Below are positions 54,462-64,000 of a stretch of DNA of 64,000 nt, in pieces; the stretch's first letter is position 1, and each line of letters starts with the position of its first letter. The position numbers and the translations under genes were made by a program. This DNA comes from an uncultured Candidatus Saccharibacteria bacterium. Lineage in GTDB: Bacteria; Patescibacteriota; Minisyncoccia; Phycocordibacterales; G965230995. The notes beneath the pieces were generated by a model that did not search any database, had not been told where the DNA came from, and worked only from the letters and a program-made list of their open reading frames with translations. Location of the stretch: positions 464,213 to 528,212 of the forward strand of contig OZ246398.1 of assembly GCA_965230995.1 (NCBI GenBank), read 5' to 3'.

Positions 54462-54628
54462 CGGACGACTCGACGCCCGTAAAACCACCCGAGGGACATT
54501 GGTCCAGGGTGGTTTTTCTTTTGTATTATGTTCCTAAAGGCAAAAGCGAAGCTTTTGCCTTTCTAGATGTTAAAGAAATATTAACTCGATACCTTTTAAT
54601 TAATTAGTCTTTGTAGTAAAATACTGGA

Positions 54629-56182
54629 ATGGCTATTACAGAAATAGAGCAGATTTTTTCCGACATAAAGAAAGAGCAATTCTATGACATTTTAAAACAA
54701 AGCGATGGCAGAAACATCGCTGTCAATTCTTTTACTCACAATGTCGGTGGTTTTTATGAGAAGATAAGATACGTAGTCGATTACAAAGACGAACACAATA
54801 TTGCTCGTGACGCTGTTGCGAGAATGCTGAAGAGAATTCTAACCTATCACGATCTTGCTAGGGCGGGGGAATTGCTTTTGACCGAATTAGTCAGTGGACG
54901 TTATTTGCCAAATGATGCAGTCAGTGAAAAAAATTCCGAGATAATTCTAGCTATAGTTAAAAAATACATCTCTCTTTCAAAAGAGCTAGAAATGAACAAT
55001 GACTTTGCTATCAGGATGGCATCGTCTGAAATAGAAAGATACCTTAACCCTAGAACTTCAGAAAACCCTGTTGCTAACGCTTTTTACAATATAATCAAAA
55101 AGAAAGTCGACAGGAATCTGGGCGAATACGCTGTTGATTTTGAAATATGTCTATATATAGCGTGTAGAAAGAAAATATTTGATGAAGACGTACACGGACT
55201 TCGCTATTTCGTCTTGCTCTGGAAATTCCCAGAAATCCAGAATTACACAGAAGGGTCTCCGCTATCTCCGTCTCTAAAATCTGAAATCAAAAGAGTAATT
55301 GCAGAAATAGACAAAATAATTTCTTCACCTCTTTTAAATAGAACACTTGCAAAGCTTAGAAATGATGGAGTCTATTTTTCTCTAATTCACGAACTGGTAA
55401 AGAGATACGGCATGGGAGCCGAATTGTATTTTGCTGACCAAACTCTTCTCGAAGAAAAGATGCGAGGAATTCTTTCAGAAATGTATACGACGAGAGAAAA
55501 ATTGACCAAAAGAAGTGGTAGGCAAGCAGTGTTGTTTGTTTTGTTTACAAAGGTGATTATCGCTCTTGCCTTGGAGGTGCCTTTTGAATATTTTATATTG
55601 CATCAGATAGATTACGTCCCTCTGGGAACAAATATTCTATTTCACCCAATATTACTTATGTTTATGGTCGCGAGCGCACCAAAAGGGAGCGATAAAAATA
55701 CCGAAAATATCATAAATGGAGTCAATGCAATTCTATCCGGAGAAGCGGGCAAAAAAATATATATTTCAAGACGTGGCCCCGGAGGATTTATATCCTTCTT
55801 GTTCGGTGTATTTTACTTTGTTTTGTATGTTGCTGTTTTGGGTGCAATTATTGCAACCTTAAAGGCTATCCATTTCAATCCAGCAAGTATCGCATTGTTC
55901 CTCTTGTTCCTAGCTCTTGTTAGCTATTTTGGAATGAGAATCAGACATAAAGCAAAACTTTGGGTTGTTGATTACAAGAGAAGGGGGCTCATATCTCTCT
56001 TGTGGAATTATGCAACTTTGCCAATAGTTAGAATGGGTAGATGGTTAAACGAAAGATTTTCTACAATCAACGTCTTTGTATTTATCTTGGACTTTATTGT
56101 TGAAACACCATTCAAAATATTGCTCGGAACATTTGATAACTTTGTATCATATCTAAACGAAAAGAAAGACGAATTAGTATAA
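54629..56182 (+). CDS. Hypothetical protein with C-terminal TM helices
   Basis: 517 aa. Confidence 0.35.
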   Translation: MAITEIEQIFSDIKKEQFYDILKQSDGRNIAVNSFTHNVGGFYEKIRYVVDYKDEHNIARDAVARMLKRILTYHDLARAGELLLTELVSGRYLPNDAVSEKNSEIILAIVKKYISLSKELEMNNDFAIRMASSEIERYLNPRTSENPVANAFYNIIKKKVDRNLGEYAVDFEICLYIACRKKIFDEDVHGLRYFVLLWKFPEIQNYTEGSPLSPSLKSEIKRVIAEIDKIISSPLLNRTLAKLRNDGVYFSLIHELVKRYGMGAELYFADQTLLEEKMRGILSEMYTTREKLTKRSGRQAVLFVLFTKVIIALALEVPFEYFILHQIDYVPLGTNILFHPILLMFMVASAPKGSDKNTENIINGVNAILSGEAGKKIYISRRGPGGFISFLFGVFYFVLYVAVLGAIIATLKAIHFNPASIALFLLFLALVSYFGMRIRHKAKLWVVDYKRRGLISLLWNYATLPIVRMGRWLNERFSTINVFVFILDFIVETPFKILLGTFDNFVSYLNEKKDELV

Positions 56183-56187
56183 AAAAT

Positions 56188-56964
56188 ATGGGAGTAAAAA
56201 GAACAATAATAATATTATTTCTTATTGCGATAGCAATTATTGCTTATGTTGTTTGGGAAAAGCAATATTCTATTTCTGTTGATACAGAGACTCCTCAGAA
56301 AAAGTACCAATACATAACTATTCCAGAGACACAAACCAAAGTACCTATTGATGATGTTGATTCTGATAATCTAGTATCTTTTTTTGATGCCGAAAGTAAT
56401 CGTTCTGGAATGGTTTCAATATTAAGAGATTTTCAAATTAAAAATGGAGAAAAAATTGTAGTTCCAGTAGCTGTTGATTTTGGAGGTACAGGAAAATTTC
56501 TCTATATAATTGAAAAGGATGGTTTGACCGAAAAAAATTACTTTGTTGGAGACAGGATTATTTTTGAAGGACTCTCATTCTCGGATGGAAATATTTATGC
56601 AGAATATTTGTCCAGAAAAGATGATGAACCTTTCATTGCCGAGCCGACCGTTCCCGCCTTTATTTCTATATTAGATACTATGGTGATAAATGTATTTGGT
56701 GATACAAAAGAAAATATTTTTATTGGTGATGAAAACAGTGTTATTCTAAAAGAAGATTGGTTAAAAGATGACAAAATATTTGCAGAAAATATTTTGTCTG
56801 GAGTATCTGAAAAAACACTTGAAATACAAGCAAAAAAAGTTGAAAATAAAGAAGGTTTTTTTGAGATAAAAATAGATCTTCAAAATGAAAATCCAGATTT
56901 CTACGTCGAACTTTCAAACAAAGACAAGACAAAGAAAGCTCAAATCAAAGCACTTGCAAAATAG
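56188..56964 (+). CDS. Hypothetical signal-anchored protein
   Basis: 258 aa, N-terminal TM. Confidence 0.35.
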   Translation: MGVKRTIIILFLIAIAIIAYVVWEKQYSISVDTETPQKKYQYITIPETQTKVPIDDVDSDNLVSFFDAESNRSGMVSILRDFQIKNGEKIVVPVAVDFGGTGKFLYIIEKDGLTEKNYFVGDRIIFEGLSFSDGNIYAEYLSRKDDEPFIAEPTVPAFISILDTMVINVFGDTKENIFIGDENSVILKEDWLKDDKIFAENILSGVSEKTLEIQAKKVENKEGFFEIKIDLQNENPDFYVELSNKDKTKKAQIKALAK

Positions 56965-57018
56965 TGAAAGAAAAGATATTTATATTCGTATAAATATTAC
57001 GAAGTAATTTTTAATTAT

Positions 57019-58308
57019 ATGAGTATCAAAAATTTCATAATTCAAAATAAAAAAACAATCATAACTCAGGTAGTAATAACTTTTGTGGTTGTAGCTCTTT
57101 GTTTCTTGGCAATTTTTGCATTTTTGCAAAATAATATGGACAAGGTGATTTCTTTTGTTGCGCAAAATTACGAGGAAAATATCAAAGAAGACGAATCTGA
57201 AAATATACAGGAAACTTCTATTAAAACAGACGAACCTATTTCTTCATCACCAGTTTTTATGAGCGAGGAGTCAAAAGTAGTAAACTTGGTTAAAAAAGCT
57301 GACCCAGCTGTCGTATCAATCGTTGTTTCTAAAGACGTTCCAATATTAGAAAAATATTATTCTAATCCGTTTGGTGATTTGTGGGGTGATAATTTCTTTA
57401 GTATTCCACAATACAGACAAAATGGCACAGAAAAAAAACAAGTCGGTGCTGGTTCAGGATTTATTGTCTCTGCCGATGGTTTGGTTGTAACAAATAGACA
57501 TGTAGTGTCTGATGAATCAGCAAGCTATACGCTTTATACCAACGAAGGAAAATCTTATGATGTCGAAGTTGTTGCAAGAGACACATATCTTGATTTGGCG
57601 ATACTCAGAATTAAAGGAGGAAAGGACTTCCCGTATCTTTCTTTTGCTGATTCCGACAAAATTTTGCTTGGGCAAACTGTTGTTGCTATAGGAAACGCTC
57701 TGGGGGAATTTAGAAATTCTGTTTCTGTTGGAGTGGTGTCTGGATTATCTAGATCAATTACAGCAGGCGACGGACAAGGCAATAGCGAAGTTCTAGAAAG
57801 GGTAATCCAAACAGACGCTGCAATTAATCATGGAAATTCAGGCGGGCCTCTGCTTGATATAAACGGAAAGGTGATCGGTGTAAATGTAGCAGTTGCCGAG
57901 GGTTCAGAAAATATCGGTTTTGCTCTTCCTGGAAATGCAATTAAAAATGCGCTTGAATCAGTAAAAAAGACAGGTCAAATAGTCAGACCATATTTAGGTG
58001 TTAGATATTTGCAAATCACAGATGAATTAAAAGAGAAAAATAATATTCCAGTTGACTATGGTGTAATTGTAACAAAAGGTAAAACCGATTCAGAATTAGC
58101 AGTTATACCGGGTTCTCCTGCTGACAAAGCTGGTGTGCTTGAAAACGATATAATCCTAACGATAGATGGACAAAAAATCGACCAGGATCGAAGCCTTACA
58201 TCAATAATACAAAGTAAAAAAGTGGGAGATAGGGTAGAACTTAGAATTATGAGGAAAGGTTCGGCCATTTCTCTCTATGCTGTTCTCGAAAAAAGTAACA
58301 TAAAATAA
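57019..58308 (+). CDS. HtrA/DegP-family serine protease with PDZ domain
   Basis: His/Asp/Ser triad context; GNSGGPLLD; C-terminal PDZ. Confidence 0.8.
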   Translation: MSIKNFIIQNKKTIITQVVITFVVVALCFLAIFAFLQNNMDKVISFVAQNYEENIKEDESENIQETSIKTDEPISSSPVFMSEESKVVNLVKKADPAVVSIVVSKDVPILEKYYSNPFGDLWGDNFFSIPQYRQNGTEKKQVGAGSGFIVSADGLVVTNRHVVSDESASYTLYTNEGKSYDVEVVARDTYLDLAILRIKGGKDFPYLSFADSDKILLGQTVVAIGNALGEFRNSVSVGVVSGLSRSITAGDGQGNSEVLERVIQTDAAINHGNSGGPLLDINGKVIGVNVAVAEGSENIGFALPGNAIKNALESVKKTGQIVRPYLGVRYLQITDELKEKNNIPVDYGVIVTKGKTDSELAVIPGSPADKAGVLENDIILTIDGQKIDQDRSLTSIIQSKKVGDRVELRIMRKGSAISLYAVLEKSNIK

Positions 58309-58326
58309 TTTCTCTATAGGCTTATA

Positions 58327-58824
58327 TTGATGTATAATAGTGTAATGGAAATAGCACTGCCAGTAATTGTATTTTTGTTGTTTGCAATCTCGCTCATTGG
58401 AATATTTTTGCCTTTTGTACCCGGACTTGCTTTGGCATGGATTGGATTCATTATCTTTGTTCTCTCGAAAGGGGTATTTTTGGCTCATATTTGGTGGATT
58501 ATTTTGCTTACACTACTTACGATAATTGCACTGCTATCAGATACGATATTTTCGCTCGTAGGGGCAAAAGCATACAATTCTAGCAAATATGGCATAATCG
58601 GCGGATTTTGCGGTTTTATTTTAGGATTCTTTGTAATGCCACCAGTTGGAATAATTATCCTGCCATTTGTCGGTATATATCTCGGAGAGATCTTTTCTGG
58701 TAAGGATTCTAAACAAGCAACAAAAGCAATTTGGGGTGCTTTAATTGGGATGCTTGTATCCGTTGGTCTGAAGGTTCTTGTGTGGTGTATGCTTTTGATA
58801 GCGCTTTTACTTCTTATTTTCTAA
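58327..58824 (+). CDS. DUF456-like membrane protein
   Basis: 165 aa, four TM helices. Confidence 0.45.
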   Translation: MMYNSVMEIALPVIVFLLFAISLIGIFLPFVPGLALAWIGFIIFVLSKGVFLAHIWWIILLTLLTIIALLSDTIFSLVGAKAYNSSKYGIIGGFCGFILGFFVMPPVGIIILPFVGIYLGEIFSGKDSKQATKAIWGALIGMLVSVGLKVLVWCMLLIALLLLIF

Positions 58825-58827
58825 AAA

Positions 58828-59388
58828 ATGAACGAGGCTATATTTTTAAAAGGGGTTTTAGGCGACGACCCTGTGCTTGAAAGAGGTTTTCCTGAAATTG
58901 CCTTTTTTGGTAGATCAAATGTTGGGAAATCTTCATTAATTAATGCTGTACTAGGAAAAAAAGATTTAGCAAGATCAAGCAATAAACCAGGAAAGACGCT
59001 TGAGCTTAATGTTTATGAAGTAAACAGAAAAAAACTTTTTCTGGATTTTCCGGGTTTTGGTTATGCAAAGACTTCGATAGAAAAAAGAGAAAAAATTAGA
59101 TCGCTTGTAATCTGGTATCTTTCAACCAGAAAGGAAAAAAATACGATTTCAGTTCTCGTAATTGATTCAAAAGCAGGAATTACAGAGACTGACACAGAAC
59201 TTCTAGAAATAGCCACAAAAGAGAATATAAAAATAATAATTGTTTGCAATAAAATAGACAAACTAAACCAAAAAGAGAAAGCTCTTTTAAAAAAACAAAT
59301 TGATACAGTGGTGAAAGATTTACCGGTCCATTTCGTCTCTGTAAAAGACAGTATTGGAATAACAGAATTAAAAGAAATTTTAATATAA
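58828..59388 (+). CDS. engB: Ribosome biogenesis GTPase EngB (YsxC/YihA)
   Basis: G1 motif GRSNVGKSSLIN; G-domain only; 186 aa. Confidence 0.8.
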   Translation: MNEAIFLKGVLGDDPVLERGFPEIAFFGRSNVGKSSLINAVLGKKDLARSSNKPGKTLELNVYEVNRKKLFLDFPGFGYAKTSIEKREKIRSLVIWYLSTRKEKNTISVLVIDSKAGITETDTELLEIATKENIKIIIVCNKIDKLNQKEKALLKKQIDTVVKDLPVHFVSVKDSIGITELKEILI

Positions 59389-59392
59389 AAAA

Positions 59393-59605
59393 ATGGAAAA
59401 AAGACTTTATAGAAGCAGAAAAAACAAGGTTATATTCGGACTCGTTGGCGGTCTTGCGCAGTATTTCAATATAGATGCCTCACTTTTGCGTGTTTTGTGG
59501 TTAATTTTTACATTTCTCGGTATAGGAGGTCTATTTATCGTCTATATAATTGCTTATTTTGTCGTCCCGCTTGAGCCGGAGATGACAAACACCGAAAACA
59601 AATAG
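59393..59605 (+). CDS. PspC-domain protein
   Basis: LYRS…GLVGGLAQYF…LRVLWLI pattern. Confidence 0.6.
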   Translation: MEKRLYRSRKNKVIFGLVGGLAQYFNIDASLLRVLWLIFTFLGIGGLFIVYIIAYFVVPLEPEMTNTENK

Positions 59606-59679
59606 CAATTAAAATCGCTTTTTGTCCAGTGCTTTAATGTGATAGAATAGTTGTATTAATAACCTAATGATTTTTCGGT

Positions 59680-60189
59680 ATGGAAGAAGCATTTAACAAG
59701 ACGACCGTAAGCTATTTTGCAGCGGGATTGGTGATTGGTTTTATTGTGGGTTTTTTAGTAACTGGTGATGAGGGGAAAGAAGCAAAATATTTTGAGGACG
59801 AAAAAACACCGCAGGCTATTTCCGATGATACAGTATTAATTCCTAACCAAGAAAACAGAACGCTTTCAAAAGACATAGTTTTACGAGCAGAAGATCAAAA
59901 AGCCGGAGTGGCTGTGACAGTTGCCGAAGTAAATGTTCCATCAGTGAGCTGGATTGCGATAAGGGAAGATAAAAATGGTGAACTTTCGTGGATACTTGGC
60001 GCTAGAAAACTTGCTTCGGGAGTACACAAAGATGTTTATGTTCCTCTCCAAAGATCAACAACAGCCGGAATGTTATATCATGTAGTTGTCTATGAAGACG
60101 ACGGTGATAATATATTTGATTACAAAGCAGATAATCTAGTTTCTCTAGAAAACGGAAAATTTCTCACAGAAGATTTTAGAACGTTATAA
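59680..60189 (+). CDS. Hypothetical signal-anchored protein
   Basis: 169 aa. Confidence 0.35.
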   Translation: MEEAFNKTTVSYFAAGLVIGFIVGFLVTGDEGKEAKYFEDEKTPQAISDDTVLIPNQENRTLSKDIVLRAEDQKAGVAVTVAEVNVPSVSWIAIREDKNGELSWILGARKLASGVHKDVYVPLQRSTTAGMLYHVVVYEDDGDNIFDYKADNLVSLENGKFLTEDFRTL

Positions 60190-60195
60190 CAAAAT

Positions 60196-60894
60196 ATGAA
60201 AAAACAAAGGAGGCTTGCGATATTCGATATTGACGGGACTCTTGTAAGGGGGAGCCTCCTTATTTCTTTGATTGAAGGCCTGATTGAAGAAGGTGTTTTT
60301 CCATTGTCAGCGAGAAAGATTTTTTCAAAAGAAAAAGCATTATGGGAGACGAGAAAGGGTACGTATTCTGATTATATAGAATGCGTAATTGATTCTTTTT
60401 TGATGAATATCAAGGGTGTTTCTTATGAGGATGTGTTGGCTGTATCTAAAAAAGTAGCAAAAGAAAACAAAGACAAAGTCTATATTTATACAAAAAGTCT
60501 AATTTTTGATCTAAAAAAGAAAGGCTATTATGTTCTCGCAATCTCTAATTCACCCAAAATTATTTTGGATATTTTTTGCAAAGACTACGGTTTTGATAAG
60601 ATATACGGACGTTTTTATGAAATCGGCCCAAATGACAGATTTACAGGTGAAATTACCGATTTACATTTAATTGGAAACAAAGCAAATATTGTTAAAAGAG
60701 TTCTCGAAAAAGAAGGATTGTCTCTGGATGGTTCAATAGGTGTCGGTGATACCGAAAGTGACATACCATTTTTGGAATTAGTTAGTGAACCAATTTGTTT
60801 TAACCCAAACAGCGGTTTGTATAAACACGCTCGCAGACAAAAATGGAAAATTTTTGTCGAAAGAAAAGATATGATATATGATATATCGAAATGA
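60196..60894 (+). CDS. HAD-superfamily hydrolase (subfamily IB-like)
   Basis: Motif I FDIDGTL; later GDTESD motif. Confidence 0.65.
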   Translation: MKKQRRLAIFDIDGTLVRGSLLISLIEGLIEEGVFPLSARKIFSKEKALWETRKGTYSDYIECVIDSFLMNIKGVSYEDVLAVSKKVAKENKDKVYIYTKSLIFDLKKKGYYVLAISNSPKIILDIFCKDYGFDKIYGRFYEIGPNDRFTGEITDLHLIGNKANIVKRVLEKEGLSLDGSIGVGDTESDIPFLELVSEPICFNPNSGLYKHARRQKWKIFVERKDMIYDISK

Positions 60895-61460
60895 GTAAAA
60901 GATTTTTTACTTTAGATTATATATTTTTGTACATTTGTCTCATTTTAATTTTGTGGATGTATCTTAGTTATTGTGCTGTAAATGATATTCCACGAGATAA
61001 TATGTCGATTGAAAGGATTTCTGGAGCCTTGGAAGTCCGCGATTACAAAAAAGGCAATATAATCGGTAAAGAAATAGTTTTCTCTAATTTTGGTTTTTGG
61101 TCTGAAGTAAAAAAAGTCAAAAAAGAGCTTTCAGAAAACGGAATAAAATTAGTTGAGTATCCATACTATTTGTATTTTGCTAAAGATGGAAAAACAAGCG
61201 TCTATTTTTATTCTGAAGAAACAACCAAATACCCAGATGGATTTGAAGTTTTAGGAAATCTTGAAGACACTGCTTATGTGGGGTTTAACTGGTATCCAAC
61301 AGAAAATAATCAAAAAAAGACTTTAGAAAAAATAGACAGAATATTAGGATCCTCTTCAATTGGTTACGACAAAAATGGATATTGGGTAGAAGTGGTTGCT
61401 CCGCCATATATCATTCCATTTATGGCACATAATGGTGTTTTTGTACCTATGAAAAAATGA
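60891..61460 (+). CDS. Hypothetical signal-anchored protein
   Basis: 189 aa. Confidence 0.3.
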   Translation: MSKRFFTLDYIFLYICLILILWMYLSYCAVNDIPRDNMSIERISGALEVRDYKKGNIIGKEIVFSNFGFWSEVKKVKKELSENGIKLVEYPYYLYFAKDGKTSVYFYSEETTKYPDGFEVLGNLEDTAYVGFNWYPTENNQKKTLEKIDRILGSSSIGYDKNGYWVEVVAPPYIIPFMAHNGVFVPMKK

Positions 61461-61506
61461 TTGTTGTTGTGCTATAATATTTTCATAACAACGTAATTTT
61501 CTTTTT

Positions 61507-62409
61507 ATGCAAATTGGATATGTCGGGCTCGGTAAAATGGGTCTAAATATGTGTCTTAGGTTAAAAGAGAGGGGAAATGATGTTATTGCTTTTAACCGTG
61601 GTGAAGAAGGTAGAATAGAAGCCAGAAATCAGGGGCTTTTTGTTGCGGATTCACTGGAAGAAATGGTGTCTAAACTTTCTGTTCCTAGAACAGTTTTTGT
61701 GATGGTTAGTCATGCTGGTGTTGAAGAAGTTGTACAGAAACTTCTGCCTCTTTTATCAAAGGGGGATACAATAATAGATGGTGGAAATACAAAATATACA
61801 GACACAAAACGTAGAGCGGTAGATATCGCAAATGCTGGTATAAGATTTCTTGATGCTGGAGTGTCAAACGGACCGGGTGGTGCGAGAAATGGCGCTTGCG
61901 TTATGGTTGGTGGAGAGAGGGATGTTTATATGGAATACATAAAGCTCTTTGAGGATATTTCTGTACCAGATGGATATGGATATATGGGCAAAAGTGGAGC
62001 AGGACATTTTGTAAAAATGGTTCACAACGGTATTGAATACGGAATAATGCAGGCTATAGCCGAAGGTTTTGCTGTGATGAATAATTCTGATTATAAACTA
62101 GACCTAAAAGAAGTAGTCAGAGTATATCAGCATAAGAGTGTTATTGAATCTAGACTGGTAGGCTGGTTAGGGAGTGCCTACGATAAACATGGCCAGGATC
62201 TCGAAGGTATTTCCGGTGAAGTGTCCCATAGCGGTGAGGGGCAATGGACAGTCGAGACTGCAAAAGAAATGGGTATATCAGTTCCTGTAATCGAAGGTTC
62301 TTTTAAATTCAGGGTAGACTCAAAAGGTAACCCGAGCTATACAGGAAAAATTGTTTCAGCCTTGAGAAATGAATTCGGCGGACATGATGTAACAGAAAAG
62401 AAAATATGA
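61507..62409 (+). CDS. 6-phosphogluconate dehydrogenase-like (short, NAD-binding Gnd/YqeC type)
   Basis: GLGKMGLNM Rossmann motif and 6PGDH-like C-terminal half. Confidence 0.65.
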   Translation: MQIGYVGLGKMGLNMCLRLKERGNDVIAFNRGEEGRIEARNQGLFVADSLEEMVSKLSVPRTVFVMVSHAGVEEVVQKLLPLLSKGDTIIDGGNTKYTDTKRRAVDIANAGIRFLDAGVSNGPGGARNGACVMVGGERDVYMEYIKLFEDISVPDGYGYMGKSGAGHFVKMVHNGIEYGIMQAIAEGFAVMNNSDYKLDLKEVVRVYQHKSVIESRLVGWLGSAYDKHGQDLEGISGEVSHSGEGQWTVETAKEMGISVPVIEGSFKFRVDSKGNPSYTGKIVSALRNEFGGHDVTEKKI

Positions 62410-63665
62410 AGTACGAAATTTTTGGAGAGACGAAAACTAAAATAGACGAAAATTATCTCGCTTTTCTAAAGACAAGAGTCAAAGAAAAAAAGTTTGAGAT
62501 TGGCGAGGATTCTTTAAACGCAGTCTTTGATTCTGAAAATATTGATACTGTATTTGATATAACAGAAAAATTTAACACACCAGAATTAAGCCATATATTT
62601 GTTGTTGGAATCGGCGGTTCTTCGCTTGGTTCAAAAGCTGTCTATGGTGCATATTTTGGAAAAAACGATAGCGACCAAAAAAGAAAAATATTCTGGCTCG
62701 AAAGTGTAGATGCAGATTTAATTAAACAAGCAGAAAAAACTATTGGCTCATTATCTTCAAAAAATAATCTAGCAATAATAATTGCGAGCAAATCTGGAGC
62801 CACAACAGAAACTCTTGCGAATGCCGGAATAGTTTTGTCGTTTTGCGAGAAAAAATGGGGAGATGTCAGCGATAGGATTGTTGTTATAACAGATGCTAAT
62901 ACCACATTACACAAATGGGCAGAAGAAAACAGTGTCGAATTTGTTTTAAATAAGAAAAGCATTGGCGGAAGATATTCTGTATTTTCACCTTTTGGTTTGT
63001 TGCCTCTGTCACTTGCGGGTTTTCCAGTTAGAGATTTTATCTCTGGTGGTATTGATGCGGTTGATCAAGTCGGCGTAGATAATTTTTCTTCTGTGTTTGC
63101 TAATTCAGTTTTTAATTCATATGAAGAAGGAACAAATATTGTAGATTTCTTTGTCTTTTCATTGAGATATAACAGTTTGGGACTGTGGTATAGACAGTTG
63201 CTTTCAGAGAGTCTCGGGAAAGATAGAGACATAGATAATAATAAAATCAAGAAAGGCATATTACCAACGGTATCAGTTGGTACGGATGATTTACATTCAG
63301 TCCTTCAGTTATATCTATCAGATTCTGGAAAAAGATTTACTATATTCATTAAACACTTAACAGATTTTGATTATAAAATTGAAGCACATTCGATATTCAA
63401 AAAATATCCATTTTTGTCTGGAAAAAATACCAGCGAAATAAAAAATGCAATATTTAACAGTGTTCTCGATTCGTACAAGGACGAAAAATTACCATTTATA
63501 AATATTGATTTAGACAAGGAAAATATTGCAAAAGATTTGGGATATTTTATGCAATCAATTATGATTTCAACAATGATGCTTGCTCATATGATGAAAGTAA
63601 ATGCATTCAATCAACCGAAAGTGGAAAATTACAAAAACGTGACAAGAAAAATTCTGGAAAAATAA
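62406..63665 (+). CDS. pgi: Glucose-6-phosphate isomerase
   Basis: SIS-domain motif VVGIGGSSLGSKAV; 419 aa. Confidence 0.7.
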   Translation: MKYEIFGETKTKIDENYLAFLKTRVKEKKFEIGEDSLNAVFDSENIDTVFDITEKFNTPELSHIFVVGIGGSSLGSKAVYGAYFGKNDSDQKRKIFWLESVDADLIKQAEKTIGSLSSKNNLAIIIASKSGATTETLANAGIVLSFCEKKWGDVSDRIVVITDANTTLHKWAEENSVEFVLNKKSIGGRYSVFSPFGLLPLSLAGFPVRDFISGGIDAVDQVGVDNFSSVFANSVFNSYEEGTNIVDFFVFSLRYNSLGLWYRQLLSESLGKDRDIDNNKIKKGILPTVSVGTDDLHSVLQLYLSDSGKRFTIFIKHLTDFDYKIEAHSIFKKYPFLSGKNTSEIKNAIFNSVLDSYKDEKLPFINIDLDKENIAKDLGYFMQSIMISTMMLAHMMKVNAFNQPKVENYKNVTRKILEK

Positions 63666-63666
63666 T

Positions 63667-64000
63667 ATGAAAATAGTCTGCGATATTGGTGGAACGAAAA
63701 CAAGAATTGCAAAATCAATCAACAATGAACTTGGTGATATATTTGTTTTTGATACACCTCAAAAATATGAGGGTGGTTTAAATGAAATTATAAAATACAT
63801 AAAAAAATATTCTGATTGTGATTCAGTTGTAATTGGAATTGCAGGAAATATTGACAAGACGAATAATACTCTTGTTTTTAGCCCTAATTTACCACAGTGG
63901 GTTGGAAAAAATATTATTTTAGATATTAAAAAAGAAATTAATGCAGACAACGTAAAGATTGAAAATGATACTGCTCTGGCCGGTTTGGGAGAAGCAGAAT
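63667..64000 (+). CDS. ROK-family glucokinase (5' partial; runs off window end)
   Basis: MKIVCDIGGTKTRIA… and later ALAGLGEAE. Confidence 0.6.
   Translation, partial: MKIVCDIGGTKTRIAKSINNELGDIFVFDTPQKYEGGLNEIIKYIKKYSDCDSVVIGIAGNIDKTNNTLVFSPNLPQWVGKNIILDIKKEINADNVKIENDTALAGLGEAE

Noticed and set aside
1-64000. Alternative genetic code (UGA=Gly, code 25), as used by some reduced-genome candidate lineages
   Set aside because: Long conserved genes (infB, clpB, topA, nrdD, dnaX) translate uninterrupted with the standard code. UGA recoding would have fragmented them in the ORF track.

Overview
AT-rich bacterial window, compact and almost fully coding on both strands. The many short housekeeping proteins, the short IF2, and the minimal DnaX and UDP-sugar dehydrogenase-like genes give it a reduced-genome (Patescibacteria/CPR-like) flavour, but that is inference only. 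The standard genetic code fits, because all long ORFs are intact. Housekeeping content includes: FemAB-family transferase, rbfA-infB, cysteine desulfurase, clpB, alanine racemase, miaA, parB, a RelA/SpoT enzyme, topA, dprA, an FtsQ-like protein, a tRNA-dihydrouridine synthase, dnaX, an ABC-F ATPase, a Pif1-like helicase, TspO, an anaerobic RNR operon (nrdD-nrdG with IscU-like and FNR-like genes), an ArsR regulator, HtrA, engB, and a 6PGDH-PGI-glucokinase block. I read seven tRNA genes from the sequence: Leu-TAG, Leu-TAA, Cys-GCA, Tyr-GTA, Trp-CCA, Leu-CAA and Gln-TTG. Three features stand out. (1) Several tRNA loci are followed by short terminator-bounded segments that end in a copy of the tRNA 3' end, and by a mosaic of repeated 30-60-nt modules. 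(2) Seven or more short, visibly GC-rich islets sit between conserved genes; most carry a single orphan ORF. (3) An accessory island at tRNA-Gln (~33.6-39.5 kb) carries two small GIY-YIG genes, a nucleoside phosphorylase, and a MazG-like NTP pyrophosphohydrolase gene whose stop lies 1 nt from the start of a large fusion protein. That fusion is a GIY-YIG nuclease, a DUF2075 SF1-like ATPase, and a LexA/UmuD-type S24 autopeptidase with a Cys-Gly cleavage loop. I consider this last module the best candidate for an undescribed DNA-damage-gated conflict/defence system. A catalytically degenerate seryl-tRNA synthetase paralog and a membrane-anchored Clp ATPase with a dead first AAA+ domain are also notable.
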